Shown: piece after piece, positions 1 through 15,300 of the stretch
How the letters are laid out: each line of letters opens with the position of its first letter
Numbering within the stretch: the stretch's first letter is position 1
Assembly: GCA_977016875.1 (NCBI GenBank)
Contig: CDRNST010000221.1
Location: forward strand, 62,001 to 126,000
Length of the DNA: 64,000 nt
Reading direction: 5' to 3'
Origin: Pavona decussata
Taxonomy: Eukaryota
The notes under the pieces: generated by a model
Database searches by the model: none
What the model was told of the DNA's origin: nothing
The model's input: only the letters and a program-made list of their open reading frames with translations
Program-made: the position numbers and the translations under genes

Positions 1-27
1 GAAGAGCCATACACTAGGTAGCATACC

Positions 28-306
28 TCAAGGCAGTCTTCCTTTCACTCGTTCAACAACCTTCCTCGCTATTTCCAGGGCTTCTCTTGCCTTCTCTGCT
101 TTGTACACGTCATTTGGGATCTGGGGGTAGGACATTCTGTCGGGATAACGCATACGTGTCGAATCCCCCACAAGGCTCTCCAGCTCTGTGGCTAACTGGG
201 TCAATTCAGGGTCATCCAAATTGTTGCAATTCTGAACCAAGTTATGGACATTAGTCTTGCTTGCGTCTACATCATACTGCGCAGCCTTTAATGCCTTCTC
301 TGCTGC
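28..306 (-). CDS. SACS: Sacsin-like last exon: C-terminal half of HEPN domain
   Basis: Acceptor ttttcctag|GCAGCAGAG; reads [27 protein letters not shown]...TRMRYPD...KGRLP*, continuing WACFKCHQ from the previous exon (phase 0). Confidence 0.93.
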   Translation of the reverse strand, partial: AAEKALKAAQYDVDASKTNVHNLVQNCNNLDDPELTQLATELESLVGDSTRMRYPDRMSYPQIPNDVYKAEKAREALEIARKVVERVKGRLP

Positions 307-3300
307 CTAGGAAAATAGAACATTGTAGCATTAGAAAAAGGAAATTGAATTCAAAATGTGTTTAAGGGATTAACGGTCGCGTTACACAAAACAATTGAAC
401 TAACAACCGTTTTCTTTAAATAACAAAGAAATAATAACAAAATCAAAATGGAACTAGCACCGTAAGTTCTACGTTTGCACACAGTTGTCCTTCTTATCGA
501 TCGGGTTTTAAAATGTAATGGCAGGCAACAATCATGGACAAGGGTGACTTGCATTTGGCACTCAAAAGAACCACGCCTACGTTGCTGTTATAAGTTTAGG
601 AAAAAAGACAATGCCTTTTGTGAGCACATAGCCACTGATAGGGCTTCTCACTGTTCAAACACTTGCAAGATTCTAAGCAATGCCTTAGTTTATGTTCGGC
701 TTATTGTTTTAATATTTTAGATCATGCTTCGACCAATTTCCAGCTCAAGATTGGAGAAGTCAAGCTATTTAGATCCAGTGTAATTTACCATTGTACCGCG
801 TTAATTTAAAACTATCTTTACAGTCACACAATTTCACGTGTTCTTAAATTAATCTGTTGTAGTTTATTTTCTCATTAGCATTTGTATGTACTTGATATAA
901 AATCACCATTGAACTTTACGATTTAAAACCGAAGATTACAGAAGAGCTGTAGAAACTCAAAAACTTTTGTCCTTTTTTTATTATCTTATAACTTGCCTGC
1001 TGCTATCTGGACCTTTTGGCAAGTAATACAGTGCTGTTGCCCTTAATTCATTTTCCACCACCCTTTTTTGTGTTTATATATTGAAGCATTTACTTTCTGC
1101 ACAACAGAAAGAAAACAAAACAACAGAAACCTCCATCACTACCGCTTTTTACCTTTACGGGTTTAACATATCAAAAGTGTCCCTGAACAAAAAACAAAAG
1201 ACAAAAAAAGTCATGCATTATTTTTACCTGGTGACATTTAAAACATGCCCATTCATACGAGGGTCTGCTGAAGGCAATTTCATTTGTACCAGCATCGAGG
1301 TCGGCTTCAGCTTGTCTGAACCAGCGCTTGGCCTCTCCTGGTTGACGATTGCTCTTGCAGAAACTTGGGGGAACATTCCTCCATGACTTGCTTCCCGATG
1401 ATCCCCAGGAGCCGTACTTTCGGCTGAAGCTTTCCCTGTACTTCTGTCTCTGAAAGGCATGCTCCCTTGCTCGTTCTTCCAAAGAGGCGAACAAATCGTC
1501 GTAAGCACCGCCGAGTCGAGAGACTTCTTTCTGTATGTGCTGAAAGGCCGCTCTGTAAAATTCTTCATCACCTAAATTCTTCTCTGGGTGCCATCGCAGA
1601 CACAGGCGCTTGATAATTTGCCTTCTTTCTTCTTCTGGTAATTTCCATGCTTCTTTCAACATGTTTGATATTTCGTCAAAGATCTCATTCTTTGTTCTAA
1701 GACATCCCGTCTGCTCATCAAAAATCTCTTTTGGCCGGTGAAATTTATGAAGCTTGACGGCACTGACTACTTCTGGTCTTTTGTCGTGTCCAATGTTGAT
1801 TTTGTACTTCTTTGTTAAGCCAACGGCATCTTCGTTAACAACTTCCTCAATGATCATTGCGTAGATGTATGTGGCAACGCCGTGCTTTAGGTCTAAACTT
1901 GGATCGTCTAGCTGGTAGCCTACGTATTCTCCAGGTTCAAATTCTTCAAAGGCGTCATTCAGTAGATGGTGGTCCTCGATTGGAATTAAGGTACCAGGCT
2001 CTGGATAGATATCCGTTTCTGCTGCATTGCAGCTGCTGTCGTCCTTTCGAATACTCATCCTATTCAGAAGTGACCAAATGCTTCCAGGAGAGCAACGCAA
2101 CATGTCAGAGATGACAAACGCTTTCTTTCCGAGAAATTCTCCATACATCTCTACAATCACGTTTGTTACAAGAGACGTGCACGAGATGGTGTCATCCATT
2201 CCGGCTTCTGTACTAAGGTACAGCTTCCACGCCTCATCGCCAGAGACTTCTCGCTTCTCTTGAAAGTACGGTACCTCTGCTTCGCTTCCTGGGATCAGAA
2301 CGCCATTGTGAAAAAGTGAGGTTACAAGGCGTTTCACGGCACAGAGCTCGATGTTTCGAAGACGTTTTTCGATGCCTAGAATTACGCTTTCGTCGAAGTC
2401 TTTCCTATGAGAGTTGACATGTCTTATAATTCTGGCAATTCCACGAGCAAACTGCACGGAAGAAAGCTGTCGTTTCAATGCGTTTACGGCTCCACTTGCC
2501 ACTGTGACTGTACTCTCTAGATTTCTCAATTTTTCCTTCACGACAGAGGATAACATTTTGGGCTGTAAGGAAGTGGGAAGTTTCATCATTAGATCTGCAT
2601 AGTTCGTCATGGACGATCTGCATTCGACATCCATCAGCCTGAGTTCTAGCACAAATGGATGATTAAATCCCTGGATCCGTTCGCCGTACGTAGGAGCATC
2701 ATCGAATACCAGCTCTGTTGATTGACGTAAAGTGACAGGGATTGTATTCAGAGGCTCATTCGAAGTGCCACATCCTGGAGGCATTGCTGGTAGATACAAC
2801 GTAGGGATAGAAGGCACATCTTCGTCAACATCCTGCAGTTTTTCAAAGAATCCCTTCACCGCCCTGGAACAAATTACAACTTCGTTTGGATGAAGTTTGG
2901 CATGATGGCAATTCTTTTGTAGCATGTCTAAGACCATAGCGTAATGGGTTATTTTGACAAGCTTGGAACAGCCTAGAGATTCAAACAATGACCGAAACTT
3001 GCCGAATTCAGGAGGCAGTCTGTAGAGAAACGGCTTGATCTGAAGATGCTCATACAGTTCGAGGACCGCTTGACGAGGTAGAACAAATTTTCTTCCTTCT
3101 TCAACCAAAACACAGCAAGTCCTTTGGAGAAGCATCTTGGAGTTGCTGTCTGTCATCGCGTTGTCTTGCAGAAACTTGTAAATGTGCTCCATGACCGCCG
3201 CTACCGTTAAACGCTGTTCGCGTGGAACTTTTTCTTTCTCGTTGTTGTTTTCAAAATGGAAGCAGACAGTTTGGCAGTGTTTTGTAACAAGACCAACCGA

Positions 3301-6300
3301 TGGCTTCTTTACAACTTGGAGCCCGGCAAGAAAATCATTGAGATACTGGTCAATCTTAACTCGAGAAGGACAGCCAAGTTCGTACCGACGTGTCCTTGGA
3401 TCCGCCCATTGTGGGAGTAAATGCGCTTTTGTCCAAACGATTTCTTCATAATCACTAACAACGGCCCCTTTAAATGAAATAAATGGAATGTCGTCTTCCT
3501 TCTTTTGTGCATATGGTGGACAAAGGGCTTGCAGTTGTTCCTTAACAGGAACTGCTTCCACGAAGGGAATGTCACGGACGCGACGTAATAGACCCTCACC
3601 AACCACATTAGGTCGAGAGATGAGGTGACGGACTAGTACTTTAGACTGCTCGATGGTCTTCTCAGTTTGCGCTTTTTCGGCGTCACTTGCAACTTGTCTG
3701 GCAAATGTGAGAAAGTCGTTTTCAGAAACATCCTGAACCAGGCCTACTGTCTTCAAAAACGGCAACCATTCATAGGTATCGAAGGGTTTGGGTGGAAACC
3801 GGTCTTTTGATAGCATTGAGCGGAAAACTTCATTATGCGGGTCATAGAAACTGGACGCTGCCTTCAACGTACCATCCTTTGTTGGGATGAATTCAACATT
3901 TTTCAAAAGTTGGAGCAGCCTTTCCTTCTCAGACGCTTCCTCTTCTTTCTCGTATATATTTGTCTGGCAAACCCATTGACGAAGATATTGAAGATGGGCC
4001 AACTGCCCCTCAAGACTTAGATGTGGAAAACATTTCAGGACAAAATCCATGTACACGTCAACAGGCGTTACGCGCTTAACTTCAAGGAAGTCATAGAGGT
4101 CTATCAGGCTTCGACGAGATTCCAGAAACAAACATTTAAGTATGGATTCCACAACGTGCAAATCGTTCTTGGGGATATCAGGTGGTAGCAGGAAAACTTT
4201 GTCACCCTCAAGATTTGCAAGACCACCACTTGCCGTTGGATAAAATGGTAGCTTCCTCAAAGTTTCTTTGTCAATTTTTGTCAGACTTTCGGTGTTTCTA
4301 CTTAAATAATCGACGACAACTACGGCATCTGATGGTTTCATTTTGTCATGAAAGGCATGGGAATTTGTCTGCAGCTTCTCTTTAAGCACCATAACAAGAG
4401 AATGGGGCGTCTTCAGTGTGGCTACTAGATCTCTTGCCAACTCATATGAGGCCCTTTTGAACACTGCGCCGGTGCTCATCGTTGTTGACACGGCAGAGTT
4501 AAGCTCTGGCAAGCCCAGATCCCTTAGAATCGCGACGAGCCTTTGGCTAGACATGCCACAGTCACTGAAATCAATGACAGTTTCTGCTTTATTCAGCGGC
4601 ACCAACAGCTGATGTAGGACTGTTTGCTGGTTTTGCATGGAGGTTGGGACCTGAAGCATTTGTAAATTACTTGTCTCAGTTGCTGGAAGAATGCTCCATG
4701 GAGAAAGTGGCAAGAGCAAGTCACGAATGAATCCAACTCTATTTTCTTCACTGTCATCTCTTTCCTTCATAGCGTCGCTAACAAACGTTCGTAAAAAGTC
4801 CCAAACTCGGTAAATCCAGCGACGGTTTGGCAAAGGAGCAGCCGGATGGTCATTGGGCATCCACCTCATGTAGCGATCTTCGCTACGAAAATCAGGAGGC
4901 AAGGTTAGGTGCAGCTGCGTAGTGAAAATTGCAACGTCCAAGGGTCGGAAAACAGGCGAAGTTAGGCAATCAACACTGTTAAAAACCCGGCAGCGAAGAG
5001 CTTTGTGAACAAAAATGGACGGGGAATTTGGTAAAATATCGTTATATTGACTCAAGCACTTGGGGTCACTTCCACTAAATGCGTTCAAGCAGTTATCTTG
5101 AGTGAGAAGCAATGGAAGCCCAGAGAGATTCTGAAGGAAGTGCTCATCATCTTCGCAGTATTCTAGAACGCAAATTACTCCTTCTTGATTCTTGAATGGC
5201 GTCTTTTCAACATGACATGGAATCGCTCCAACATTGCAAAGCGGGTCCGCTTCACTAAAGGATTTGTAAAAGTCCATGACCACAGAAGGCGAAACACAGC
5301 AGACATCTACTTCTGCTTCTCTAAATGAATCGAAAACGGCTAATGAGAATGCCACCAGGTTGAAACCAGTTTCCAGCAAGGTTTCTTGAAATTTCGTTCT
5401 CTGCGTAATCCTGTTCTCTTCTCGTCTCTTTTGATCCTCTTCGTTCTCGTCACGTCTTGGTGGTAATGCAGCAAAACATCCGTTTACTTCAAGACTGTTG
5501 AAGAATGTTCGTTCCTTTCCTGTGCCTGTCGGGGGAAACCAGGTCAACCGAACCCTCTTAGACCCAGAAGATTCCTTAGAGCGACCTGAATATCTTGTTC
5601 TCACACCTCTCACCACGGGAATCAGTCGCATTTTCCTTTTGTCCATTTCTTGGTAGACTGAATTAGCCAGTGTCCTCCAGTGTGGATCTTCAATAGGACG
5701 GACTGGGAAGAGCTTCTCATAGGTGCTTAACCTTTGCGACATGGTATTTTCACTGTAGGTTGCATTAGAAGATGTAGCATCTTGTGTGCCAGGTAAGTTA
5801 ATGAATTCACGCACCTCTTCCAAAAGTGTGAGATAGCAGGACGCAATAACATCACGCAGCAAAGCATTATTCCAGTCACTCCGATAGCCACTAGCATCAT
5901 CTCTCCACAAATATCTTCGGGTCTCGTGGTCCAGTGCAAAGTGACCATTGATATGCACTGGGAGATCAGTTTCAAATGGAAGTGGAAGGAAGCAGTAAGC
6001 TTTCTTCTTTCCTTGCAGTTGTGAACTCGGTTTCTTGGTTTCTAAAAGGCAAGCCACCCCACCACGAGGGAGCATCCCAAGCTGGTTTGTCTTAAAGGCA
6101 TTCAAAATACTCTTCTCAATCGGTTTCTCAAAGCCAACCTGTTGGACAACGAGCCATTTCTCTTCCATGCCACGGTTGTCTCGTATCTTCATAGTATAGG
6201 TACATTTCTTTACCTTTATGTTTGTTGGAAGAAAATTCTCCTTCTTCACTTGTCTTCCCACTTCTCTCAAATATTGAGAAAGTTCTTGCCTTTTCTTTTC

Positions 6301-9300
6301 ATCATTCGGGGTCATTTCCACTTGAACGGAGTAACTCTTTCTAAGGTGACCACTTTCGTTTATGGCAGAAATGCTAATATTCTTCACATTGTTTACAAAC
6401 AGGAGAACTTCAAACAACTCCTTCTTCAGTTCCTTCATCATTGCATCTAATTTCGCTTCTGTGACCGGAATTTGTGATATCTTAGATTCTTTAGCCATTT
6501 CCGTGGACTTCAACGGAAACCTGAACATTGTTGCATTCTCTATGGGAAAGTGTTGCTCAAGATAACCACTGAAAACATCGGGGAACTTTTCCTTCAACTT
6601 TTCGATGCCTTTATACCTTCTTCCAGGATTTTCATTAGTTGAAAAGGGAACGTACTTACAATGTGGGTCGAAAACGCATAGAACATCTCCAATTTCCTCA
6701 CCTTTTGAAATGAACGAGGGGACGTCAGTCAAATGGTACACTGCATTGAAGCCAACTCCATACTGGCCGGTTTTGGTTGGATCTTCTCCCTTGCTGCCTT
6801 CCCCAAGGTCGCATATTCCTTGGATATCGGCATTAGTGAATGGCTTGTTGTTGTACACACACAACGCAGGACCCTGCAGCGGTTTCCACCTGTCATCGAA
6901 CACTCTTTCGTCAGGGTGCTTTCTAGGATCTTTAACAAAGCAAATCTCACTTGCTTGGGCATCATCGGCATTTTGTAGAAGTTCTTTCAAAATCTCCTTC
7001 TCGCCTGGGTAGCCTGTTAAAATGCGTTTTAATCGATTTGTGAGTTTCTCTTTCTGCCCGAATGGAAACCCGACGTCATGGTGTTGCAAAGCCCCTTGCC
7101 TACGTGTTTTAACTCCCAGCTTTTCGCAGATAGACCAAGGAATCTTCTCATGGACAAAGTGTTCAGTGGGATCATCAGGTATCCAGGGGCAATCTTTGAA
7201 GCAAAGATCAGCGACATAACGCATTACTCCTCCAGAGTCTGGAAGATAAACATTTCCACACTTCTCTTGCGAGGAATCACCACATGATCCTTCCAAGGTG
7301 TCGCCGAGCTGATGCGCCATATTAACTGCCACTTGTAAAGTTCGCTCGTCAAGCTGGTTGGCACCAAACTCTCTCTGCACTTCTTGGAGACCTGAAATAT
7401 AATCTTTGGCTTCGAACTGCTTCCTTACACCGCCTAATTCAAAGATTTCGTAGTAGCGGGCGGATAAATCTTCTGGAAGTTTGTTAAGGTATGGGGAACA
7501 GTCCACTTTGGCCTCAAAAGCCACATGGTTTGCAGAGAAAAATCTTTTCCCCACAAGAACGAATCTCTTGTTAAGAAGGAATTTCTCAAGACTAGATCCG
7601 GCGTTGGCTGTCTTATTCTGTAAAAATGAATAAGCCGCTGTACAAACCAAGCGTATTTCTTCGAAACCATTACAATCCAGCGTATCCGTCTTGGCAGCGA
7701 TGGCCTGCTCGAGTTGTCTCATGACGTGCTCTTTAGTAACTTCTTTGTCTTCAAGCTTCAACAAGTCCTTCACTTTTTTCTGGATTTCTCGGTCAGCAAG
7801 CGGCTCCGTACAACACACAAGGTACTTTTGCTCCTTTAAGAAAATATCTTTAGCAGCTACCAGAGGCTTTCTTCTTTCCAGATAATCGTCTCCTTTCCAG
7901 GAAAGAGGGAACGACTCTGGTTTTTGCAGGACTGGAAGAAATTGTGCCTCGAGAAGGCGATTCAAAGTGGGCTGTGATGGTTCTTCACTTTGGCTTTTCA
8001 TTTTCCTTTCTATGAATTTGAGTAACGCCTTCACACGCTTAAAGGCCGCTTTACTGTCAACTACATGGAGCCTCTGAACACTCTCGGCTCTCTCAGCAAT
8101 GTCTTCCCAAGGAAGATCGTCTGACATCATTCCCAGCTGCTCAAGCTTTTCAAGTCGCACAGTTCTTAGAAACGTGTCTTCACCACATGGAAACCTGCCA
8201 TCGTTAGGGCCAAAGAGTGAGGCGACCTCTTTTTTAGGATTCACCAATTGGCTTGGACGCTTCGGTCTTTTCCCACCAGGCGATGTTGGAATACAGGCAT
8301 GCTTCTTTATCAGTTCATCAAAATCCTCGCTGTTGTGATCTAAAGCATGCAACACCAAAACATCTCTCAAACCCGATTGAACAATTGAAATGTTCGGGAA
8401 AAACAGCTCACAGAAAAACCGGTTCTTGTCATACGTTTTACTATCCATGAGAGCCCCCAATCCGCAACGTTGAAACGACTCAAACACATCAGCTGGCAGG
8501 TCAATAACCACGTCATTTATTTTGGACAAATGCTGAAAAACTGTAAAGGAGGCTTCTCCTATATCGGAATCGGCGCGGAGATCTGGATGCAGGAAGACCA
8601 CTTGAGTAAAGCTTACCCATTCATTGCCATCAAAGAACAGAGAATGACCTTCAGTTGAAAGTTTCTTGTAGAACGACGTCAAAATAGGAGAGCAGCCTTG
8701 CATTACTTTGGAAGCCCTCGGCCACAATAAATAGAACGCATATGAATCGTCATCGGGAACAAGTGACTTCACATCCTCAAGAAGAGAAATGTAGGCACTT
8801 GAAATAGAATCTTCCATCAGCATGCTGTTCCATTTAACTCCAATGCAAGTCTTGTCATCTTCTAGTTGCTCTTGCAAATGACGTCTGTTGGAAGTTACTG
8901 CAAATGCGCCATTTATGTGAACAGGAAGGCCGCTGTGAATTGGCAGTGGCAAATAACAGAAAATGGTGCCATTGAGATCCAGTCCATCGGTCTTCTTTAC
9001 AATAGGCATGGGCAAAAGTTTGTCTGACGTTCTTGACACTAACTCAACAGCTATTCCCGCCGATGGAAGAAAAGAAGGACCACTTTTCGCAAATTGCATT
9101 GCCTCTCCATTTCCCATTGATGACACAACAAGCCAGGTACCACACTCGTGGCGACGATGCTCGTCTACATTAAAGAATTCCAGACCGGGATCGGTTATAT
9201 TGCACTTGATGTTAACTGCAATCGAAGATTTGGGAAATGCTTTTGGGTTAACCTTATGTGTCGCAGCATCCTTTTTAACCTTGGAACACGCTTGAAGAAA

Positions 9301-12300
9301 GTTGCATTGCTTCAATAAACGTTGCTGGTCAGCATCCAATTTCTTTGCAGTCGCTGGAAGAGTGACAGGGACAGACAATGGTCTTACTATTCCAGTTTGA
9401 GAAAATGACTTATTCACTTTGAATAACAACGTAGGCTGCGTATTTTGGCAAGATGATCTTGGCAATCTGTATATTTCGACACAGATTACGTTTTGTGTGA
9501 ACATAAGCAGCAATTTTGCTCTGTCGAGGAACATTTCCAAGAATTCTTTCATTTCCTTATGACTGTAATAGAGCTCTTTAATCTCACTCCTTGCGGCTTG
9601 TTCTCTCGTTCGTAATGGAAATCGAAATAGCGTTCCTTGAAAGGAGTTATCGCCTTTCTCCAGATTGCAACCAAAGATGCCATCGAATGGCTTGAATTGA
9701 TCACGGAAATCTCGAAGTAGCCTTGTGTTCTTCTTGATGTCAATCCTCATTCCAGGTTTGTTCCTGATTGCTTTACCCAGATATAGGGTGTGCGGATCAA
9801 AAACTACAAAATAGTTTCTGCTAAGGAACATGGGGACATCCGTCAGGTTGTACACGGCATTGAAACCAAGTCCAAACTTTCCAATTTTCTCAGTTTCGCG
9901 TTCTTTTGTACCACCATTCAGTTTTGTAATGTTTACAAAATCTTCATCTCGAAACTCGGCGTCGTTGTAAACCCACAAGGCGGGACCTTGACACTCTTTC
10001 ATTCCTTTGTCAATCAGATAGGTCATGGCAGTTTCGTTGGTTCTTTCATCGTACAAAAATCTGACTTCAGTGGCACCAGCATCGTCTGCATTTTGAATAA
10101 GCTCTTTTGCCACTGCAAATCCATCCGTGTAGTCCTCCAGTAACCTATTAAGCCTATCTGTAAGTTTCTCTTCTTGACCAAACTCTTCTCCTAGTTCTTC
10201 AGGATCCAGTATTCTGTTAGTCAGGGTTCGAACTTTCAATAGTTCAGCAGTGCTGCTAGGAACATCCCGATGGACAAAGAAATATTCCGTGTCTTCATCT
10301 GGTGGTATAAACTCACCTTCACGATACACGCAGTCTTCAAAGGGTTCAAGCTTGACAAAAGCATCGCCTTCCACGTACGTTGGAATGAGAATTTGTTCTT
10401 GAATTTCAGAGGGCAGCCTATCACCATCTTGTGGCTTTACCTCATTCAGGATGTTAATAGATAACCGTAGGTCCCTTTTGACGTCTTCAGGGTGAAATTT
10501 ATCCTCTTTACGATCATACTTCTTTTTCATCAAGTGAAGAACTCGAAGAAAAACGAGTTTATCACATGCTTCTTTCATGCCTAACTTCAAGAATAATCCA
10601 TGGTACTGCTTCATTTCAGAGGGCAGGAAGGAAATGTACGGTGCAAGGTCAAAAGAAGGCTTTTCAGCAAGAATAGTAGATGGAGATGAAAAGCCGTCTC
10701 CATTCCAAATCCAACTTGTATTCGCAATCTCTTTCAAGGCCTCTATGACATCAGTATGATCTGCAGTAAAGAGGAAAGAGTACGTCTCTTCAAGTACCAA
10801 CATATAGCGCCGCTTTTCTTTTTGTTTATAATGCTTGATGACCATCTCAAGATGCTTAACAACGTCTAAAGCTCCAGGTTTCTTGTCCCAGGCAAAATAC
10901 TTGGCTACTTGGCTCGAAGATTCTGCGTCAACAATCGGTTTTACTGTCCCAATGAGGTTTACGTTTTCTTTACTCGTGACTTCTTTGGGCTTGCAGAATT
11001 TGGACTCTTCCCTAGCCTCTCCCCAGAAAAGAAGGCTTTTTGGAAAACTGTCGGGCTTTTTGGTCACTCTGCATACCCATGGGACTTCTCGAAGCAGTTC
11101 TCCCAGTGGTTTTTCATCAACGTTTTGTTGAAATTCCATTGGCTTCCTTTCTAAACACCCCAAAATAGCTTTTGATTTACGCTTTGCGGTCGACATGTCT
11201 GGGATCTGAGGGACCTTTAGGGCACTTAGGTAAAGATCTTGGGCGCTGATTTCGTCCTCGCTTTTCATTCCAAGTTTCTCCAGAACTAAAAGGACTGAAG
11301 GGTCATTATACTGCCTGCCGGTAGGAAAGACATCTTCACCAACGAAGATGTCTTGAAGACGGTCGTTCCTAGGATTAAAGAGGTCAACTGCTCTAACCCG
11401 GCCTTTCTTGGTTGGCACAAATGACAAAGCTTTCATCTTTTCTTCAAAACTGTTACAGCCATCAGCGAGGGGATCGTATCTCTTCATCACAAAATCCATT
11501 AGTCTGTCAATTTCTTCTTCTGAATACCTTCCCTCTTTAACATCTGGAAAAACTCCTGTAAGAAGGAAATTAGACGGTGTCAGGGTTGTGATGTCAAGTA
11601 GACGCACCATTCGTCTGGCATCTTCGTCTTTAGTGTCGATAAAATCTCTTCGGGGAGTCACCGGAAACTCACAGGCATCCTCTGGTGCTGCGTTAAAAAC
11701 CTGTTTCTGTGACACGAACTCCTCTGAGCTTCCCAATTTCTCAAAAAGGGGCAAGCAAAGAAGAAGATCCTTTTCTTGTGCATCGAAATCCGAGGCCTTG
11801 GCAAAGAAATTTCGCAAGGCACGTTTCTCCTCACGGCCTTTTTCTAGCAAGATGGCCGAGAGCATTCCTTTATCCATTTCAGTGGAGGTAATGTGCATGG
11901 CCTGTAGAACACCACGGACAGTTGGTCGCTTGACAAATTTTTCCAGAGCAACAGGATGGCTTCGCACGAAGCTTGGACAACAATCCATGACCATCACTCC
12001 CAGATCCTTCAAAAGGTCGCCCACCCGTTTCTCTAAATGATCCTCATCCAGCACTCTAACGACAATTTTAGAAGATTTCTTTAGCCTTGTTAGGGTAACG
12101 GGATATTGCGTGAAGTCGAGGGGAATCAAAGGGAGGTTTTCAAGCTTAGACAATTCATTTTCCGTCACAAAGTGTTTTCTTAGGTAGTCCCACACGCAGC
12201 TGAGCCATTCTTTTGTTGGATGATTTAACTTTTCGTCACCAGGGAACCATTGAAGTTTATCGCCATTTGACCAGGCAGAAGGTAATGACTCCCAAAGAAG

Positions 12301-15300
12301 AGTAGGTACGTGATCACTATGAAGACGCCGTAATTGAGTACATTCTACAGGAAAAGTAAAAGCTGAACTGAATCTTTGATACACAAGCTTATATTTCGCC
12401 TTCATAGTGTCAATCCTGGAAATAAACAACTATACATAACTCTCAGAGGCAAAGTCAAAGTGAAACCCCAGTTGTATAGCTGTATAGAGGTATAGCTAAT
12501 TTTGTTGCTATTGACCTCGGTATTTTTACTGTTGTCTTATGGTGCAGCAACTTATATAAAGCGCTCACTTCGACAAATCAAAACACATACCTTTCTCTGC
12601 AACATCTTCTAGTTTTCGTAATGTTTCTTCATCGGCGTCTTGGTCCAGAATGCGATGCTTTAGACCAGGAAGAAGCTCTGGCGGATGCTCTGGGGATGTG
12701 ATATAAATGTCACCGTTAGCTGAACGTTCAACAAAAGATACAACTGTTCCATCGGAGACAGGTAAAAGTTCCAATCCAGGAAGTTCAGAAAAGTTATCAT
12801 CTTTGAGAACAAACTTGAGAAGGGAAAACTTTTCCTTTCGTCCTAGGCTCCTGTAGCAAGAAGGAGTGGCCTTGAGAATACAACGCACAAAAGATGGGGT
12901 GATCTCTTTGGCAGTAGTCGTGCAAACGGATTCCAACACATGATTGGGCAGAGTGGCAACGTTTTGACAGGCCTCTAGTAAAACCTTCCGAAGCAACTCC
13001 TTTAGATCATCATTTTCATCAAGTTTGTCAAAGATGGCGTCTTTGAGGTTAATCCATTTCCCTCCATGAGCTTGAGTGTATATGAATCGTCCACTGCGAA
13101 GCAACTCAAATAAGGGTTGTTGAATTCTCTTCCAGGTTTGTTCAATATTGTTGACATCTGGCCACGCTCTGTTTGACACAATAATGCCAGAGTGGTAATT
13201 AGTAGTGACTGATAGGTTTTATCGAGACCGCTATACACACTGATTAAGAGCGGCTGCCGGTAAGAATCGAGAACTGCATTTCAGCGACCCCTTGGTCGAA
13301 TTTCTGATACTTCGCCGGAAGATACCCTTGAATTAACTATTTTCGAAAATCATATTTTAAAGTTCCAAGGTATTTTATTTTTTGAGAAAATTACGAGAGT
13401 TTGAAATGCGGCCTACGTGCGGTATCTTCAGACGAAATATCAGAAATTCGACCAAGTGGTCGCTGAAATGCAGTTCTCGATTCTTACAGGCAGCCGCTCT
13501 TAAAACTTTAACTCTTCGAAAATTTGGCCTGTCGTACGCAGTACATTCTATATTTATCTTCTGTGGTTAGGTCGTCAGCCTATTTCCCTAATTCCTTTTG
13601 ATTCCTATGGGTCGCCACAAAACGCTCAAATTATATGTGGTATTGTTGTATGTTGGTATTGTTGCATGATGTTGAGGTCTCGGGGTCAAAGTCATTAGTC
13701 TAAAGAGAAAGAAGGTGTCCCAGTTTTTTCAATGGAAAAATATCATACCAAGTGTGCCGCACAGGCTAAACCTGTTTTAAACTTACTTGTAAATTGAATC
13801 TGGTGGCACATTTCTCTTAATGGCCTCACATATCAAGGCTGCATATGCATTTGGAACAGCTTCCTCCAGCAGACAGCGGTTCCACAACAAGGACTTGTCA
13901 GTCAGCTTCCCGCGATCCTCTTGATCGGCATTTGGTGTCTTGATGTGACGTCTGTTCTGGCTCAGAGCAAAGAATCCGTTCACATGCACTGGTAAGCCTG
14001 TCATGCTTTTGTTTTGCACTGGCAAAGGAAGAGCGCAAAACACGTGACCTGAAATGTCGGGCGTTTGAGGGTTGATGCCGGATGGTAGCGCCATGGCCAC
14101 GCCAACTGAAGGCAATAAGCTAAGGCTTTCATCTCCCAAGAGCTCTTTAAACTTGACCGAGACCTTACCTCCGTAGCAATAACTTGTAACAAGAAAGGAA
14201 TGCCTTTGCATCTCGCCATTCGTCTCTGTCTCAATTGTGAGCGGGTAGGTTACAGTTACCGGTTCCGTCATGTGTTCAGACTGTTTGACTCGGGCATAGA
14301 ACTCTTCCCTCTTATCTCGAGCTAACTGAAGACTGTCTTCCCCGATATTAACTCGAAAGATTCTTGTAAGTGCGGTTTCTGATTCTTCTCGTACGTAAAG
14401 CTCAATAGACTCAAGTTTTCGCAGAAACAAAAGTACCAGATGAGCGTCAGCAATGAAACTCTCGAACAAACTTTCAACCTTCTCGACGGAATACAACGTC
14501 TGCGACAACTTGGATGGGTTGGCACGAAAGGGAAAACGGAACAATGTCCCGTTGTAATGCCCACGAGCGAACACCTCATCGTCACAGTCAAATATTCCTC
14601 TGTAAGGAAGAAACTGATCGGGTATTTTTTCCATGATGTTTGGGACATCACTTAACCGCCAATCATATCCCGTTCTCCGGTCTTCACCTTCGTTAAAGTG
14701 TTCCTCGTGCGGGTCAATGAACCCGATTCGTGTGTTGCTGAGGATGCTTGGTAGATCTAGAATACGAACAAGAAAACTTGTTGGATGATATGCAGTAATG
14801 GGTGATATATAGGTGGCACTTGTATTCAGCCTAAGAAAACAAGGACACGAATTTGTTCAAATCCGCTGCACGTGTGAAATACTTCCCCCTTTTGACGCAA
14901 AAATAAATGCAACAGGTTTGAAAAATGTAACATGCAGTCGCAACAGACCATTTTACAGTTTTGTACTAAGTGTTACCTTTGGGTGACAGCGAGACTGGAC
15001 CTGTCTTTGTATTGATGCAAACCTCACTCGCTTTTCATATGTAAACTATGTTTGTTATGCCAACTAGTCTGCATTTAAACAAGACATGGTTTACATATGA
15101 AACGCCAGTGAATTCTGTGTCAAAGCAAGTGTAGCTACCGCAGGAAACCATGAGAGTCACGGAATTTGTTTATATTGCTTTCGTTTTATCAAGTTGTTAT
15201 TTGTTTAAGAAAAGCCGTTTTTTTTATTTTAGGAATCGGCCTATGTAAGTGTAACGGTTTTCCGTAAGTAATGTTTTTAGTCTTTCCTAGAAAACGCGTA

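Noticed and set aside
11408-12040. 210-aa antisense ORF inside the sacsin exon, and other plus-strand ORFs there
   Set aside because: Expected shadow ORFs opposite a long coding exon; no domain signal
1171-12429. The 3,752-aa ORF as a complete single-exon gene
   Set aside because: Both ends run into introns (MFISRID... and ...VKIMHDFF are intronic); true exon limits are 1228-12344
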